A stretch of 64,000 nucleotides of DNA, taken from the NCBI GenBank assembly GCA_965248695.1, contig CBDFKD010000002.1, positions 5,184,001 to 5,248,000 on the forward strand. Reading direction: 5' to 3'. The notes beneath the pieces were generated by a model that was not told the DNA's origin, did not search any database, and saw only the letters and a program-made list of their open reading frames with translations. The stretch comes from Acidobacteriota bacterium. Lineage in GTDB: Bacteria > Acidobacteriota > UBA890 > WLXD01. Positions 45,909 through 54,975 of this stretch are shown one piece after another. Position 1 is the first letter of the stretch; each line of letters begins with the position of its first letter. The position numbers and the translations under genes were made by a program.

Positions 45909-47026
45909 TGATCACGGCCGACAAAGCCGACCTAGAGCGTGAGCTGCGGCACGTGGGCCAAATCGCGGCCAGGAAGATCCCCGCCCCCGCGGAAGTCGCC
46001 CGGCACGTGTTGCTGTCTACGTCCGGCAATGGCGACGCACTCCAACTGGCGGCAACTGATCTCGAAGTGAGCCTACAGACGCGCTGCGCCGCGCGGGTCT
46101 CGGCACAGGGCACAGCCACGGCCCCCGCCGCGAAGCTCAACGAGGTCGTCAAGTCGCTACCGGACGGTGAGATCGAAATCGAGCTACGCAAAGCGGGCTG
46201 GCTTGAGGTGCGGAGCGGCGATGCCGTCTTTGAGCTGGCGTCGTTTCCGGCGGCCGACTTCCCGGTCATGCCAACCGTCGATTTCGAGGACGCGATCGAG
46301 TTCCCGGCCGATGTATTGGGCGAAATGATTCGCCGCACCCTGTTCGCGGTGACGGACCAAGACGTTCGTTACGCGATGAACGGTGCTCTGTTGGAAATCG
46401 ACGGCGACAAGGTACGCATGGTGGCGACGGACGCGCACCGGCTGGCGATGGTCGAGCGCGACGGCATCGAGTTAGAGGCGCAGACACAGGTCAAGACAAT
46501 CATCCCGAAGAAGGCACTGGCAAAGATCCGGGATCTGAGTGAGCCCGAGGCGACGGTGCTCTTCACACAGGATGATCGGCAGCTGCACTTTCGGGTCGGG
46601 TACAGGGTGCTGTCGGGCCGCCTCATCGAGGGGAACTTTCCAGCCTACGAGAAGGTGATCCCGAAAGCTGACGAGGCGGCCTGTGTGCGGTTTGACAGAA
46701 CAAGCATGCGAGATGCGATTGGCCGCGCGACCCTGCTGTCGCCGCGCAAAGGGCTTTGCGTTCGGTTCGTGTTTGAAAACGGCTCGGCGGTGGTTTCGGC
46801 AGCCGATGGGCAGCTAGGCAAGGCGACGGAAACCGTACCGGTCGAGTATGCGGGCGAGCGGATCCAGGTCGTCTTCAACGGTCGCTACCTGGTGGATTTT
46901 CTTGATGCCACGAAGGCCGACCGGATCGCCCTGTATGTGAAGGACGACACCAGTCCCGGTCTCCTGTTGCCCGAGCCACAAGACGGGTCGCGCTATTGCT
47001 ACACCGCTATGCCGATGAGGCCGTAA
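45905..47026 (+). CDS. dnaN: DNA polymerase III beta sliding clamp (phage-encoded)
   Basis: ATDLEVS, RY.MNG.L, MVATDAHRLA, IIPKK, GRLIEGNFPAYEKVIP, FN.RYL.D, MPMR. Confidence 0.95.
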   Translation: MMITADKADLERELRHVGQIAARKIPAPAEVARHVLLSTSGNGDALQLAATDLEVSLQTRCAARVSAQGTATAPAAKLNEVVKSLPDGEIEIELRKAGWLEVRSGDAVFELASFPAADFPVMPTVDFEDAIEFPADVLGEMIRRTLFAVTDQDVRYAMNGALLEIDGDKVRMVATDAHRLAMVERDGIELEAQTQVKTIIPKKALAKIRDLSEPEATVLFTQDDRQLHFRVGYRVLSGRLIEGNFPAYEKVIPKADEAACVRFDRTSMRDAIGRATLLSPRKGLCVRFVFENGSAVVSAADGQLGKATETVPVEYAGERIQVVFNGRYLVDFLDATKADRIALYVKDDTSPGLLLPEPQDGSRYCYTAMPMRP

Positions 47027-47225
47027 CCGTGTGGAAGCCAAGGATGGAAGTCTACGTGCCGCATGGCTCGGAGGTTTGGTGGGTGGAGGGACGGGGGTTT
47101 CGGCTACCGACTGTGCTTTCCGTTGGAGTTGTCGCCGAGGGGAGAGCCCGGGAGCTTCTAGAACAAGACTTCCCCACATTCGAGATCGTCGCCCGTCGTG
47201 CCTATGACCCGAAAGGGCGCGCGGC

Positions 47226-47660
47226 ATGACGCAAACGTCGCTGTTTTCGACTCCTCCGTACCAGCGCCACTCCGAAGAGTCCAGGGCCGCCGCGAAGGCG
47301 ATCGTGGATTCCCTCAGCAAGCTGCAGGCACGGGTGCTGGCCTACGTCGCCTCCTGCCCGTACGGGGCCACCGATGAAGAGATCCAGCACGCACTCAGGA
47401 TGAACCCCTCCACACAGAGACCTCGGCGTTTGGAGCTGTTCAAGCTCGGGTTGATCGACAAGGCCCCCTATTGCCGCAGGACGCGCGCGGGGCGAAAGGC
47501 CGCTGTCTGGATCGTGTATCCCGCACAAGACCCGTGCACGGCAGCCGTGGCGCCCCCGGGGCCGCTTTGTGGTGTGTGCCACACGGTATTGAGAGGCAAA
47601 CAGCAGTACTTCTGCTCGGATGAGTGCCGGATGGTGTGGCATGGGCGGAGGGCGTCATGA
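47226..47660 (+). CDS. Winged-helix hypothetical protein
   Basis: GATDEEI...L.M..ST.RPRR.EL; C-terminal Cys cluster. Confidence 0.65.
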   Translation: MTQTSLFSTPPYQRHSEESRAAAKAIVDSLSKLQARVLAYVASCPYGATDEEIQHALRMNPSTQRPRRLELFKLGLIDKAPYCRRTRAGRKAAVWIVYPAQDPCTAAVAPPGPLCGVCHTVLRGKQQYFCSDECRMVWHGRRAS

Positions 47661-48505
47661 CACCGGAGCCAGGCATGTATCCGGGTGTTCCGATGCACGA
47701 GTATCACGCTTGGGAGGCGGTCTCCAACAGTCAGCTGTCGCGACTGGCGCGAACGCCGGCGCACCTGCGCGCCTACCTCACCAGTTCGCCGAAGGAGACG
47801 ACGGCGATGGTTCTCGGGCGTGCGGCGCATGCGGCGATCTTGGAGCCGGAGGAGTTCGAGGTCCGCTATCGCCGGATGTCTTGGCCGGACAAGCGCACCA
47901 AGGCGGGCAAGGCGGAGTGGGAGAAGCTGTGCGCCGAAGTGGGCGCGGAGTACGTGCTGCGGCCGGCGGACTATGACGCGTGTCTGGGGATGCGCGAGGC
48001 GGTGCACTGTCTGCGCCGCGCGCACGGGCTCATCAGCGGCAACGGACAGGTGGAGCTGTCGTGCGCTTGGAACGACAAGCGCACCGGCATCCTGTGCAAG
48101 GGGCGCATGGACCGTCACAGCCCAGAGATCGCGGACGGGGCGATCGTGGATCTCAAGACGACAAAGGACGCATCCCGCCGCAGTTTCGAGCGCACGATCT
48201 TCCGATACGGGTATCACCGGCAAGCGGCGCTGTACCTGCGCGGGGCGCAGGCGCTGGGGTTGGCAGCGCGCCACTACGCGATTCTCGCGATGGAGAAAGA
48301 GTCGCCCTACGCAACGGCGGTGTACCGGTTGACGGAGCCGGTTGTGGAGGCGGGCGACCGACAGCTGGATGTGCTGCTGGATCGGTACGCGCAGTGCGTG
48401 CGCCAGGATGCATGGCCGGCGTTCCCGGACAAGGTGATGGATGTGGCGCTGCCGGACTGGGCCTGGGGCGTCATCGACGAGGACATTAAGGAGGCAGTCG
48501 CATGA
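47657..48505 (+). CDS. RecE-like PD-(D/E)XK exonuclease (DUF3799-like)
   Basis: YHA..AVSNS.L, G.AAH..ILEP, CKGRMD, IVDLKTT, YGYH.QAA.Y. Confidence 0.9.
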   Translation: MTPEPGMYPGVPMHEYHAWEAVSNSQLSRLARTPAHLRAYLTSSPKETTAMVLGRAAHAAILEPEEFEVRYRRMSWPDKRTKAGKAEWEKLCAEVGAEYVLRPADYDACLGMREAVHCLRRAHGLISGNGQVELSCAWNDKRTGILCKGRMDRHSPEIADGAIVDLKTTKDASRRSFERTIFRYGYHRQAALYLRGAQALGLAARHYAILAMEKESPYATAVYRLTEPVVEAGDRQLDVLLDRYAQCVRQDAWPAFPDKVMDVALPDWAWGVIDEDIKEAVA

Positions 48506-49569
48506 GCAGCAACGCCGAAGTTATCGAGTCAGCGGACGAGCCGACAACGGCACTTGAGGCTCTGGAGGGCGGCGCTGCGATCGATGCAGTCGATGCTGCG
48601 GCCATCTCCCAGCAGATCGCGACGGCGAAGCGGTACCCGCGTAGCGTCACGAAAGCCCTCACGGATGCACAGACGCTCGCGACGCTGGATGAAGAGACCG
48701 CGGCCTCGTGCTTTTACGCGCTGCCGCGATCGGGCAAGACGATCGAGGGGCCCTCAGCTCGACTTGCCGAGATCATGGCCTACTGCTGGGGCAACCTGCG
48801 CGCCGACTCCGACATCGTCGCCCAGGACCGCACCCACGTCACCGCGATGGGCACGTGCCTGGATCTGGAGAAGAACGTCGCCATCCGTGTACGTGTGAAG
48901 CGGCGCATCACCGACCGCAAGGGGCGCCGGTTCAACGAGGACATGATCGGCGTCACAAGCAATGCGGCGATCTCGATTGCGCTGCGTAACGCCGTGTTCA
49001 AGGTCATCCCGGCCGCCTTCACGCGCCAGATCTTGCATGCTGCGCGCAGGGCCTCGATCGGCCAGGGCGGCACGATGACTCAGAAGCGTCAGGCTGCGCT
49101 TGATTGGTTCGGCAAACTCGGCGTGCGGCCCGAGCAGGTGTTCGAGCTGCTGCAGGTCCGCGGCCTCGATGACATCGGCGAGGACGAGTTGATTACGCTG
49201 CGCGGCCTGCGCACGGCCATCAAGGATGGCGACACAACCGTGGAGCAAGTGTTTACGCCGCCGCGCCACTCTGAGGGCACCGCACAGCTCAACGAAGCGC
49301 TCAAGGGGACCGAAGCGCCCGACGAGAACGACGCGGAGAAGCTGTCGCGCGACGACCCTCGCAACACAGCATCGCACGCCGACAACTTCGCTTCGCTGTG
49401 CGATGCGAACGGGATCGATCTGACGCAAGCCCGGAAGTTCCTCGCTGAGTGGCTGCAGCTACCGTCGGCGCGCAATGTCAAGGCTGAGCACTACGAGAAG
49501 GCCACGCTCGACGAGCGCACGTTCGTGGCGGCGTTCCGTGAGGCGAACGCACAGGGCGAGCTGGTATGA
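48502..49569 (+). CDS. Probable single-strand annealing/recombination partner of the exonuclease
   Basis: QIATAKRYPR, CFYALPR.GK.IEGPS.RLAE; position after the RecE-like gene. Confidence 0.6.
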   Translation: MSSNAEVIESADEPTTALEALEGGAAIDAVDAAAISQQIATAKRYPRSVTKALTDAQTLATLDEETAASCFYALPRSGKTIEGPSARLAEIMAYCWGNLRADSDIVAQDRTHVTAMGTCLDLEKNVAIRVRVKRRITDRKGRRFNEDMIGVTSNAAISIALRNAVFKVIPAAFTRQILHAARRASIGQGGTMTQKRQAALDWFGKLGVRPEQVFELLQVRGLDDIGEDELITLRGLRTAIKDGDTTVEQVFTPPRHSEGTAQLNEALKGTEAPDENDAEKLSRDDPRNTASHADNFASLCDANGIDLTQARKFLAEWLQLPSARNVKAEHYEKATLDERTFVAAFREANAQGELV

Positions 49570-50213
49570 CCGACACGCCGCGCAACTCACCGTATTGCTG
49601 GGTGACCTGGTTGGCTCCACATCTGTCGGGCGATCGTAGCTGCACCTGGGCTCCTTGGTACAAGTCGCACTATCAGTACGACAAGCGTCTCCAAGACGGG
49701 GAGCGTGCGGCCAGGTTGGCGAGTTGGAAGGCCGAGCATGCGGATCTGGTCACCAAGCGATGGGGACAACTGCAGGCGGACGGCTGGACGGTCTACGTAG
49801 AGGACCAGAACTCGATTAAGGTCAGTGGCCGCACGATCACGCTCGCCGGCAAACCTGACCTCGTAGCCGTCCGGGGTGACGAGGCCCGGGTCGAGGACTG
49901 CAAAACCGGGCAGCGACGTGCCGCCGACATCTGGCAGGTGCGCACCTATCAAACGTTCTTGCCACGAACGCATCACGCCATTGGACAGCGCCCGTTGTTC
50001 GGTGCAGTGGTGTACCGGGATGGCGTATTGGAGATCGGCGCGCTCAGCGAACAAGAGCGGCTACGCGTGATCGACCTGGTAGCACAGCTCGGAGGTGCCG
50101 AGCCCACACCCGTGCGGGTGCCGAGCTTCTCAGAGTGTGCCTTCTGCGACGTGGCCTCGTGCCCGGATCGGGTGTCCGAAGAGGTAGCGGTCGCTCAGAC
50201 AGCGGACTTTTAG
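49566..50213 (+). CDS. PD-(D/E)XK (Cas4-like) nuclease
   Basis: GKPDLV..VEDCKTG..QV..Y, C-terminal C..C....C. Confidence 0.8.
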   Translation: MTDTPRNSPYCWVTWLAPHLSGDRSCTWAPWYKSHYQYDKRLQDGERAARLASWKAEHADLVTKRWGQLQADGWTVYVEDQNSIKVSGRTITLAGKPDLVAVRGDEARVEDCKTGQRRAADIWQVRTYQTFLPRTHHAIGQRPLFGAVVYRDGVLEIGALSEQERLRVIDLVAQLGGAEPTPVRVPSFSECAFCDVASCPDRVSEEVAVAQTADF

Positions 50214-50235
50214 CCGACCACCGGAGGAGACAAAG

Positions 50236-50529
50236 ATGACGGTCAACGAGCAGACGAGCAACGCGGTGACGGAGATGCTCAAGGCGGTGGTGCGACAAGA
50301 GCTGCCGAAGGTATCGAGTGCCGTGCATGAGACCGGCAAGGCTGGATCGTTGAGCATCAAGATCGACTTGAAGCCCGACAAGGAGCTGCTCAGCCGGGTG
50401 GGCCTGGTGATCACGCCGAAGTTGGCGCTGCCGGGCATCGGGGGGTTGTTCAGAGGCAAGACCCAGAAAGTGGGTGGCGTGGTGCAGCTGTCGCTGCTGA
50501 GCGCCCTGGGGGACGAGGAGGCGGCGTAA
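50236..50529 (+). CDS. Hypothetical protein
   Basis: GGAGGAG RBS; TGK.GSL.IKI motif. Confidence 0.6.
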   Translation: MTVNEQTSNAVTEMLKAVVRQELPKVSSAVHETGKAGSLSIKIDLKPDKELLSRVGLVITPKLALPGIGGLFRGKTQKVGGVVQLSLLSALGDEEAA

Positions 50530-50531
50530 CG

Positions 50532-51140
50532 GTGCAGGTTGTCCTAGCGATCGATCCCGACCCACAGGGTGGCTCGTGGGTGTTGTGCGACGAGTGCGGC
50601 GAGGTGCGCGCGCATGAGCGCAACTGCCCGATGGGGCACCTGAAACAAGCGATCAACGGTGTCGATGAGACCACGACGCAACAAGTCGTCGTTGAGGACG
50701 TTGTCTCCTACGGAATGCCGGTCGGACGTGAGGTGTTCGACACCGTCAAGAACATCGGCGAGATCCGAGGAGTCTGCCGCCAGCGCTCGGTTCCGTTCGA
50801 TCTGCTGAGCCGTGTGCAGGTCAAGACAGCACTGTGCCGTAGCGCACGCGCCAAGGATGCCAACGTGCGGGCGGCACTGATGGATCTGTACGGCGGCTCT
50901 CGTAAGGAGGCTGTGGGCACCAAGGCATCGCCGGGGCCGCTGTACGGTCTCGTCGCTGACGAGTGGGCCGCACTGGCGCTCGCGCTCGTGTGGCTGTCGC
51001 GCCAAGCGCTGGGACCGTTGGTAGCGGCGGGATGGACCGGAGGGTGGCCGCGTGAAAGGGCACCCACTGGTGCTGTGCCGGGAGGCGGATGGGAAAGCCG
51101 CGGCCAAGCGCGTGCTGTCGGTACGCGAGCAGTCTGTTGA
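50532..51140 (+). CDS. RuvC-like Holliday junction resolvase
   Basis: VLAIDP, VVVE..SYGMPVG.EVFDT, AKDANVRAAL, D.WAALA. Confidence 0.75.
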   Translation: MQVVLAIDPDPQGGSWVLCDECGEVRAHERNCPMGHLKQAINGVDETTTQQVVVEDVVSYGMPVGREVFDTVKNIGEIRGVCRQRSVPFDLLSRVQVKTALCRSARAKDANVRAALMDLYGGSRKEAVGTKASPGPLYGLVADEWAALALALVWLSRQALGPLVAAGWTGGWPRERAPTGAVPGGGWESRGQARAVGTRAVC

Positions 51141-51318
51141 GGTTACCGCCTACGGAGGAGTACCCGCTTGGTACATGCGCGACAACGTGTTCGGCATGGA
51201 CGCGGCACTGCTGACACAGCTGGTGCGCGCCTATGCCGCTCGCGACACCGAGCAGCTAGCGGCGCTCTGGGAGCGGGGGGTGCCGTGGTTGCCGAGCGAG
51301 GTGAGCAATGAGCGGTAG
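51052..51318 (+). CDS. Hypothetical protein
   Basis: GTG ORF with a GGAGG RBS, leading into the replication gene. Confidence 0.45.
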   Translation: MKGHPLVLCREADGKAAAKRVLSVREQSVEVTAYGGVPAWYMRDNVFGMDAALLTQLVRAYAARDTEQLAALWERGVPWLPSEVSNER

Positions 51319-52333
51319 GGGGGTGAAGGCGTTCATGCCGTTCTACGTGAGCGACTACCTCGCGGACACGATGGACCTGACGCTCCAAGAGCACGGTGCG
51401 TACACGCTGTTGCTCTGGAATCTCTGGGCAAAGGACGGAGCGATATCCGCCGATTCAGCGCGGTTGGCCCGCATGCTCGGCGTGTCTATTGAGGAGTGGG
51501 AGTCGTTGTGGCCCGGAATCTCCGGCTACTTCACGGAGATCGATGGCTGCCTGACGCATACCCGGATCACGAAAGAGCTTGAACGAGCCAAGGAGCTACG
51601 CCGGAAGCGTGCGGAGTACGGCAAGAAAGGCGCAGAGTCTCGATGGCAAAAGAACGGCGAAAATGATGGCAAAAGCTATGGCAAAAGCTATGGCAAAAGC
51701 TATGGCAAAAGCTATGGCAAAAGCTATGGCAAAACCATGCATTTGCCAATGGCAAAAACATGCCAACCACCTTCACCTTCACCTTCACCTTCACAACCAG
51801 AACCAGAACCACCAAGTGGTGGTGGTCAGAAACCTCGGTGCTCGAATGCAGGGTCGGGGCGCGACCCGACCGCCGCCACCACCACCGCCACCACCACCGG
51901 CAAGCCACCGCCCGCCGGCCAGGGCGAGCACGACGAGGCGATGCTGGAAGTGCTGGCCGTCTTCAACGATCGCTTCTGCCGCACTGCGACTCCCGGCTCC
52001 GGCACCCGGTACCTGCAAGAGCGCTTTGAGGCCGGCGGCACGGTCCAGGAAGCGCTCGCGGTCATCGAGCACGTTGCCGTCTCGGGCCGGCACGTGGGCT
52101 CGCCGCAGGCCGTGTTCAACGCGGCAACCTGGAACGCGGTGCATCCGCCACCGAAGATCCAAACCGGCAGCGGGCCGGCCGCGCCCAGCGAGACGGACTG
52201 GGAGGCTGAGGCACTCCGGGTCAAGCGCGAGAAGCAGTGGCGTCGGCAGGCCAACGCGGCGCTCGATGCCGGACAGCAGCCCGACTGGGATGCCATCAAG
52301 GCGATCCGCCAAGAGGCCAACAAGCCGCCGTAG
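51308..52333 (+). CDS. Replication initiator (DUF1376/YdaU-like)
   Basis: FMPFYVSDYLADT..L...EHGAY.LLL; G.KGA..RW; internal repeats. Confidence 0.85.
   Translation: MSGRGVKAFMPFYVSDYLADTMDLTLQEHGAYTLLLWNLWAKDGAISADSARLARMLGVSIEEWESLWPGISGYFTEIDGCLTHTRITKELERAKELRRKRAEYGKKGAESRWQKNGENDGKSYGKSYGKSYGKSYGKSYGKTMHLPMAKTCQPPSPSPSPSQPEPEPPSGGGQKPRCSNAGSGRDPTAATTTATTTGKPPPAGQGEHDEAMLEVLAVFNDRFCRTATPGSGTRYLQERFEAGGTVQEALAVIEHVAVSGRHVGSPQAVFNAATWNAVHPPPKIQTGSGPAAPSETDWEAEALRVKREKQWRRQANAALDAGQQPDWDAIKAIRQEANKPP
51666..51736 (+). repeat. Probable origin iterons: ATGGCAAAAGCT x5 plus a partial sixth
   Basis: Perfect 12-bp tandem repeats; extra ATGGCAAAA at 51643 and 51749. Confidence 0.85.
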
Positions 52334-52392
52334 CTAGCCGCCAGACCGCATGCCAACCGCCCCCACGTGACGACCGCCACCGACCGGAAAAC

Positions 52393-53106
52393 ATGATCGA
52401 AACCGCAACCGGAACCACAAGCCCAGCGACGCAGCCAGCCTGTCCGGCGTGCAACGGGGTCGGCTGGGTGGAGACGCCGCAAGATGGTATGGCGCGCTGC
52501 GCCTGCAAGCTGTCGCCGAAGGCCGTGCTAGCCTCCCGCGGCGTGCCGGCGCGGTTCCTGAGCTCGTCGTTTCAGACGTTCCAGCCAGGCGGCGGAAACA
52601 CCGCCGAGGCTCTGGCCGAGTGCCAGCAGTTCGTTGAACGCTTCGAGCCATCGGGGCGGGGCTTGCTGCTGTCCGGGCCGTCCGGCACGGGCAAGACACA
52701 CTTGGCCGCCGCGACCCTCCGAGCGCTGCGATCCGCCCATGGCCTGCGCGGTCGTTTTGTGCGCGCAGCGCGCCTGATCCAAGAGCTCAAGGACGCCATC
52801 GAGGCTGAGGGCGTGCGTGTCGGCGACATGCTGGATCGCGTCGTCGGCGCCGACGTTCTGGTGCTCGATGACCTGGGGGCGATTCGCGAGACGGACTGGG
52901 CCGTGGAGCAGCTGGTGTACGTGCTCACACAGCGCTACGACGAGATGCGCGCGACGATCGTGACCACGAACCTGAATCAGCGAGATCGAGCCCGTCACGT
53001 CGGAGAGCGTGTCGCGGGACGGCTCAGCGAGACGTGCCAGGAGGTCGTGTTCGCAACGCCCGACTATCGAACGCTGGGGCAAGCCTGCGTGAAGGAGGCA
53101 TCGTGA
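52393..53106 (+). CDS. DnaC/IstB-like ATPase (helicase loader)
   Basis: [29 protein letters not shown]. Confidence 0.92.
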   Translation: MIETATGTTSPATQPACPACNGVGWVETPQDGMARCACKLSPKAVLASRGVPARFLSSSFQTFQPGGGNTAEALAECQQFVERFEPSGRGLLLSGPSGTGKTHLAAATLRALRSAHGLRGRFVRAARLIQELKDAIEAEGVRVGDMLDRVVGADVLVLDDLGAIRETDWAVEQLVYVLTQRYDEMRATIVTTNLNQRDRARHVGERVAGRLSETCQEVVFATPDYRTLGQACVKEAS

Positions 53107-53330
53107 GCGAACGACCGAGCCTCGATCTCGCCGAGCTACCCGACGGCGAGCTGATCGAGCTGTTGCTGGATGTGAGCCACCGGCGTTTCACGGAATGGGA
53201 GCTGGAGGTCCTGGACTCGATTGCAACGAGGCGGAGACGGCGGCTGCACCCGAACGAGCGGGCGCTGTGCGAAGCGCTCGTTGCGAGGATTCGTGCGGGT
53301 CTGAATCAGACATCACGGAGGGCGTCGTGA
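53103..53330 (+). CDS. Small hypothetical protein
   Basis: GTGA-coupled on both sides. Confidence 0.5.
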   Translation: MSERPSLDLAELPDGELIELLLDVSHRRFTEWELEVLDSIATRRRRRLHPNERALCEALVARIRAGLNQTSRRAS

Positions 53331-53845
53331 ACGTCAACGGGTACGAGATCGGGCCGGGTGTGGACCTACGGGGTGCCGATCTCCGGTTTGCCGTCCTCCG
53401 GGGAGCCAACCTCCAGGGAGCCAAGCTTAGGGATGCCGACCTCCAGTGTGCCGATCTGCGGGGAGCCGACCTGTCGGAAGCCAACCTTTGGGGAGCCAAC
53501 CTCCGGGGAGCCAACCTCCAGGGAGCCAACCTCCAGGGTGCCAGCCTCCAGCTCGCCGGCCTGTCGAACAACACAGTTCTGCCAACGGGGCAGACGTGGC
53601 CGGAGTACTTGGCGGATCTGCCCGCGCTTCTGACGGCCGGCGGTAAGCGCCTACACGAGGTCGCCACGCCCGAGGTCTGGAACTGCCACACCTGGGACAA
53701 CTGTCCGATGCACGCGGCGTTCGATGCCAAGGACTTCCATGACATACCCGAGCCGTGGAGACCCAAGGCGGAGCTGTTCGTCACCCTGTTCGACGCCGAG
53801 CTGATCCCGCTGGAGGCGGTGGGGCCGACGAAGAGGGCATCGTGA
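53327..53845 (+). CDS. Pentapeptide-repeat protein 3
   Basis: Fewer repeats; same C-terminal domain as 42984-43628. Confidence 0.9.
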   Translation: MNVNGYEIGPGVDLRGADLRFAVLRGANLQGAKLRDADLQCADLRGADLSEANLWGANLRGANLQGANLQGASLQLAGLSNNTVLPTGQTWPEYLADLPALLTAGGKRLHEVATPEVWNCHTWDNCPMHAAFDAKDFHDIPEPWRPKAELFVTLFDAELIPLEAVGPTKRAS

Positions 53846-54327
53846 GCCGCTACGCAGAAAACACCACGGTCAGCGTCGAGAAGTCCCGAGCCGAGATCGA
53901 GCACACCCTGGTGCGCTACGGAGCCGACCAGTTCTTCTACGGCTGGGAACAGGAACAAGCCGTAATCGGCTTCCGGCTGTGCAATCGGATGATCCGCTTC
54001 GTCCTGCCGATGCCCGCCCTGGACGATGAAGAGTTCTGGCGCACACCGGATCGCCGTCAGCGGCGAAGTGACGACGCGGCGCACCGAGAGTGGGAAAAAG
54101 CCACGCGGCAACGCTGGCGTGCCCTGCTGCTGGTGATCAAGGCGAAGTTGGAGGCGGTGGAGTCCAACATCACCACGATCGAGGAAGAGTTCATGGCCCA
54201 CATCGTGTTGCCGGACGGTCAGACCGTGGGGCAGTTCATGGCCCCGCAGATCGAGACCGCCTACGAGCTGGGGCAGATGCCATCGATGCTGGCGCTGCCA
54301 CAGACGGCGGGAGAGTCGTCGCCATGA
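53842..54327 (+). CDS. Conserved phage hypothetical protein
   Basis: [30 protein letters not shown]. Confidence 0.75.
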   Translation: MSRYAENTTVSVEKSRAEIEHTLVRYGADQFFYGWEQEQAVIGFRLCNRMIRFVLPMPALDDEEFWRTPDRRQRRSDDAAHREWEKATRQRWRALLLVIKAKLEAVESNITTIEEEFMAHIVLPDGQTVGQFMAPQIETAYELGQMPSMLALPQTAGESSP

Positions 54328-54530
54328 GCGACTCCACGCACCTGGACGCCACCGCTCCCGAGCCCGGCACCGGCAAGGTGTCGATCGAGCAGCAGCCGGC
54401 GACGCATGCCGCCCGCAAGCGTATCGTCGAGCTGGAGGCTGAGGTGGCCCGCCTACGCCGCGAGCGCGCCGCCGCCATCGACCGCGCCGCGAAGGCTGAA
54501 GCGGCACCCACTAAGAGGCTCGGTAAGTGA
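54324..54530 (+). CDS. Small coiled-coil hypothetical protein
   Basis: RIVELEAEVARLR; ATGA-coupled. Confidence 0.5.
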   Translation: MSDSTHLDATAPEPGTGKVSIEQQPATHAARKRIVELEAEVARLRRERAAAIDRAAKAEAAPTKRLGK

Positions 54531-54552
54531 TCGAGCCGAGAGCGTCCGCCAC

Positions 54553-54975
54553 GTGAGCACCCTGGCACCCAAGCTCTGGACCGTCGACGAGGTTGCCGCA
54601 TGGTTGCGCCGATCTCCAAAGACGATCTACGAATGGGCGGCTTCCGGTATTGTCCCGAGCGTTAAGATCCGGGGCAACCGACTGTTTCGAGAAGACGAGC
54701 TGATGGAGTGGTTCTATGCCCAAACGGCCGTTCGCGCCGCAGGTGAGGAAAACAAAGCTGAAGGGCCAGACGGTGTACGAGGTGGACTGCCGTCAGTGGA
54801 AGGGGGTCATGCAGACGCTAGCGCACCCGCAGCGTCGCAGGTTCGATCACCGGCAGCTGGCCGAAAGCTGGCGCCAGCAGCTCATCGTGGACCACGCCGC
54901 GGGGCGCCGCTCGGAGCCGGGACCGGTGGCGGTGCGGTCCCTCTGCGAGCACTTCCTCCGCTCGATCAAGAGTAA
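54553..54975 (+). CDS. Excisionase-like HTH protein (frame runs on into int)
   Basis: WTVDEVAAWL..S.KTIY.W...G.VP.VKI....LF...L.EW. Confidence 0.8.
   Translation: MSTLAPKLWTVDEVAAWLRRSPKTIYEWAASGIVPSVKIRGNRLFREDELMEWFYAQTAVRAAGEENKAEGPDGVRGGLPSVEGGHADASAPAASQVRSPAAGRKLAPAAHRGPRRGAPLGAGTGGGAVPLRALPPLDQE

Noticed and set aside
49566-50213. Cas4 as part of a CRISPR system
   Set aside because: It lies in the phage recombination module with no other cas genes or array.
42984-53845. Diversity-generating retroelement based on the repeated pentapeptide-gene ends
   Set aside because: No reverse transcriptase in the window, and differences between copies are not confined to adenines.
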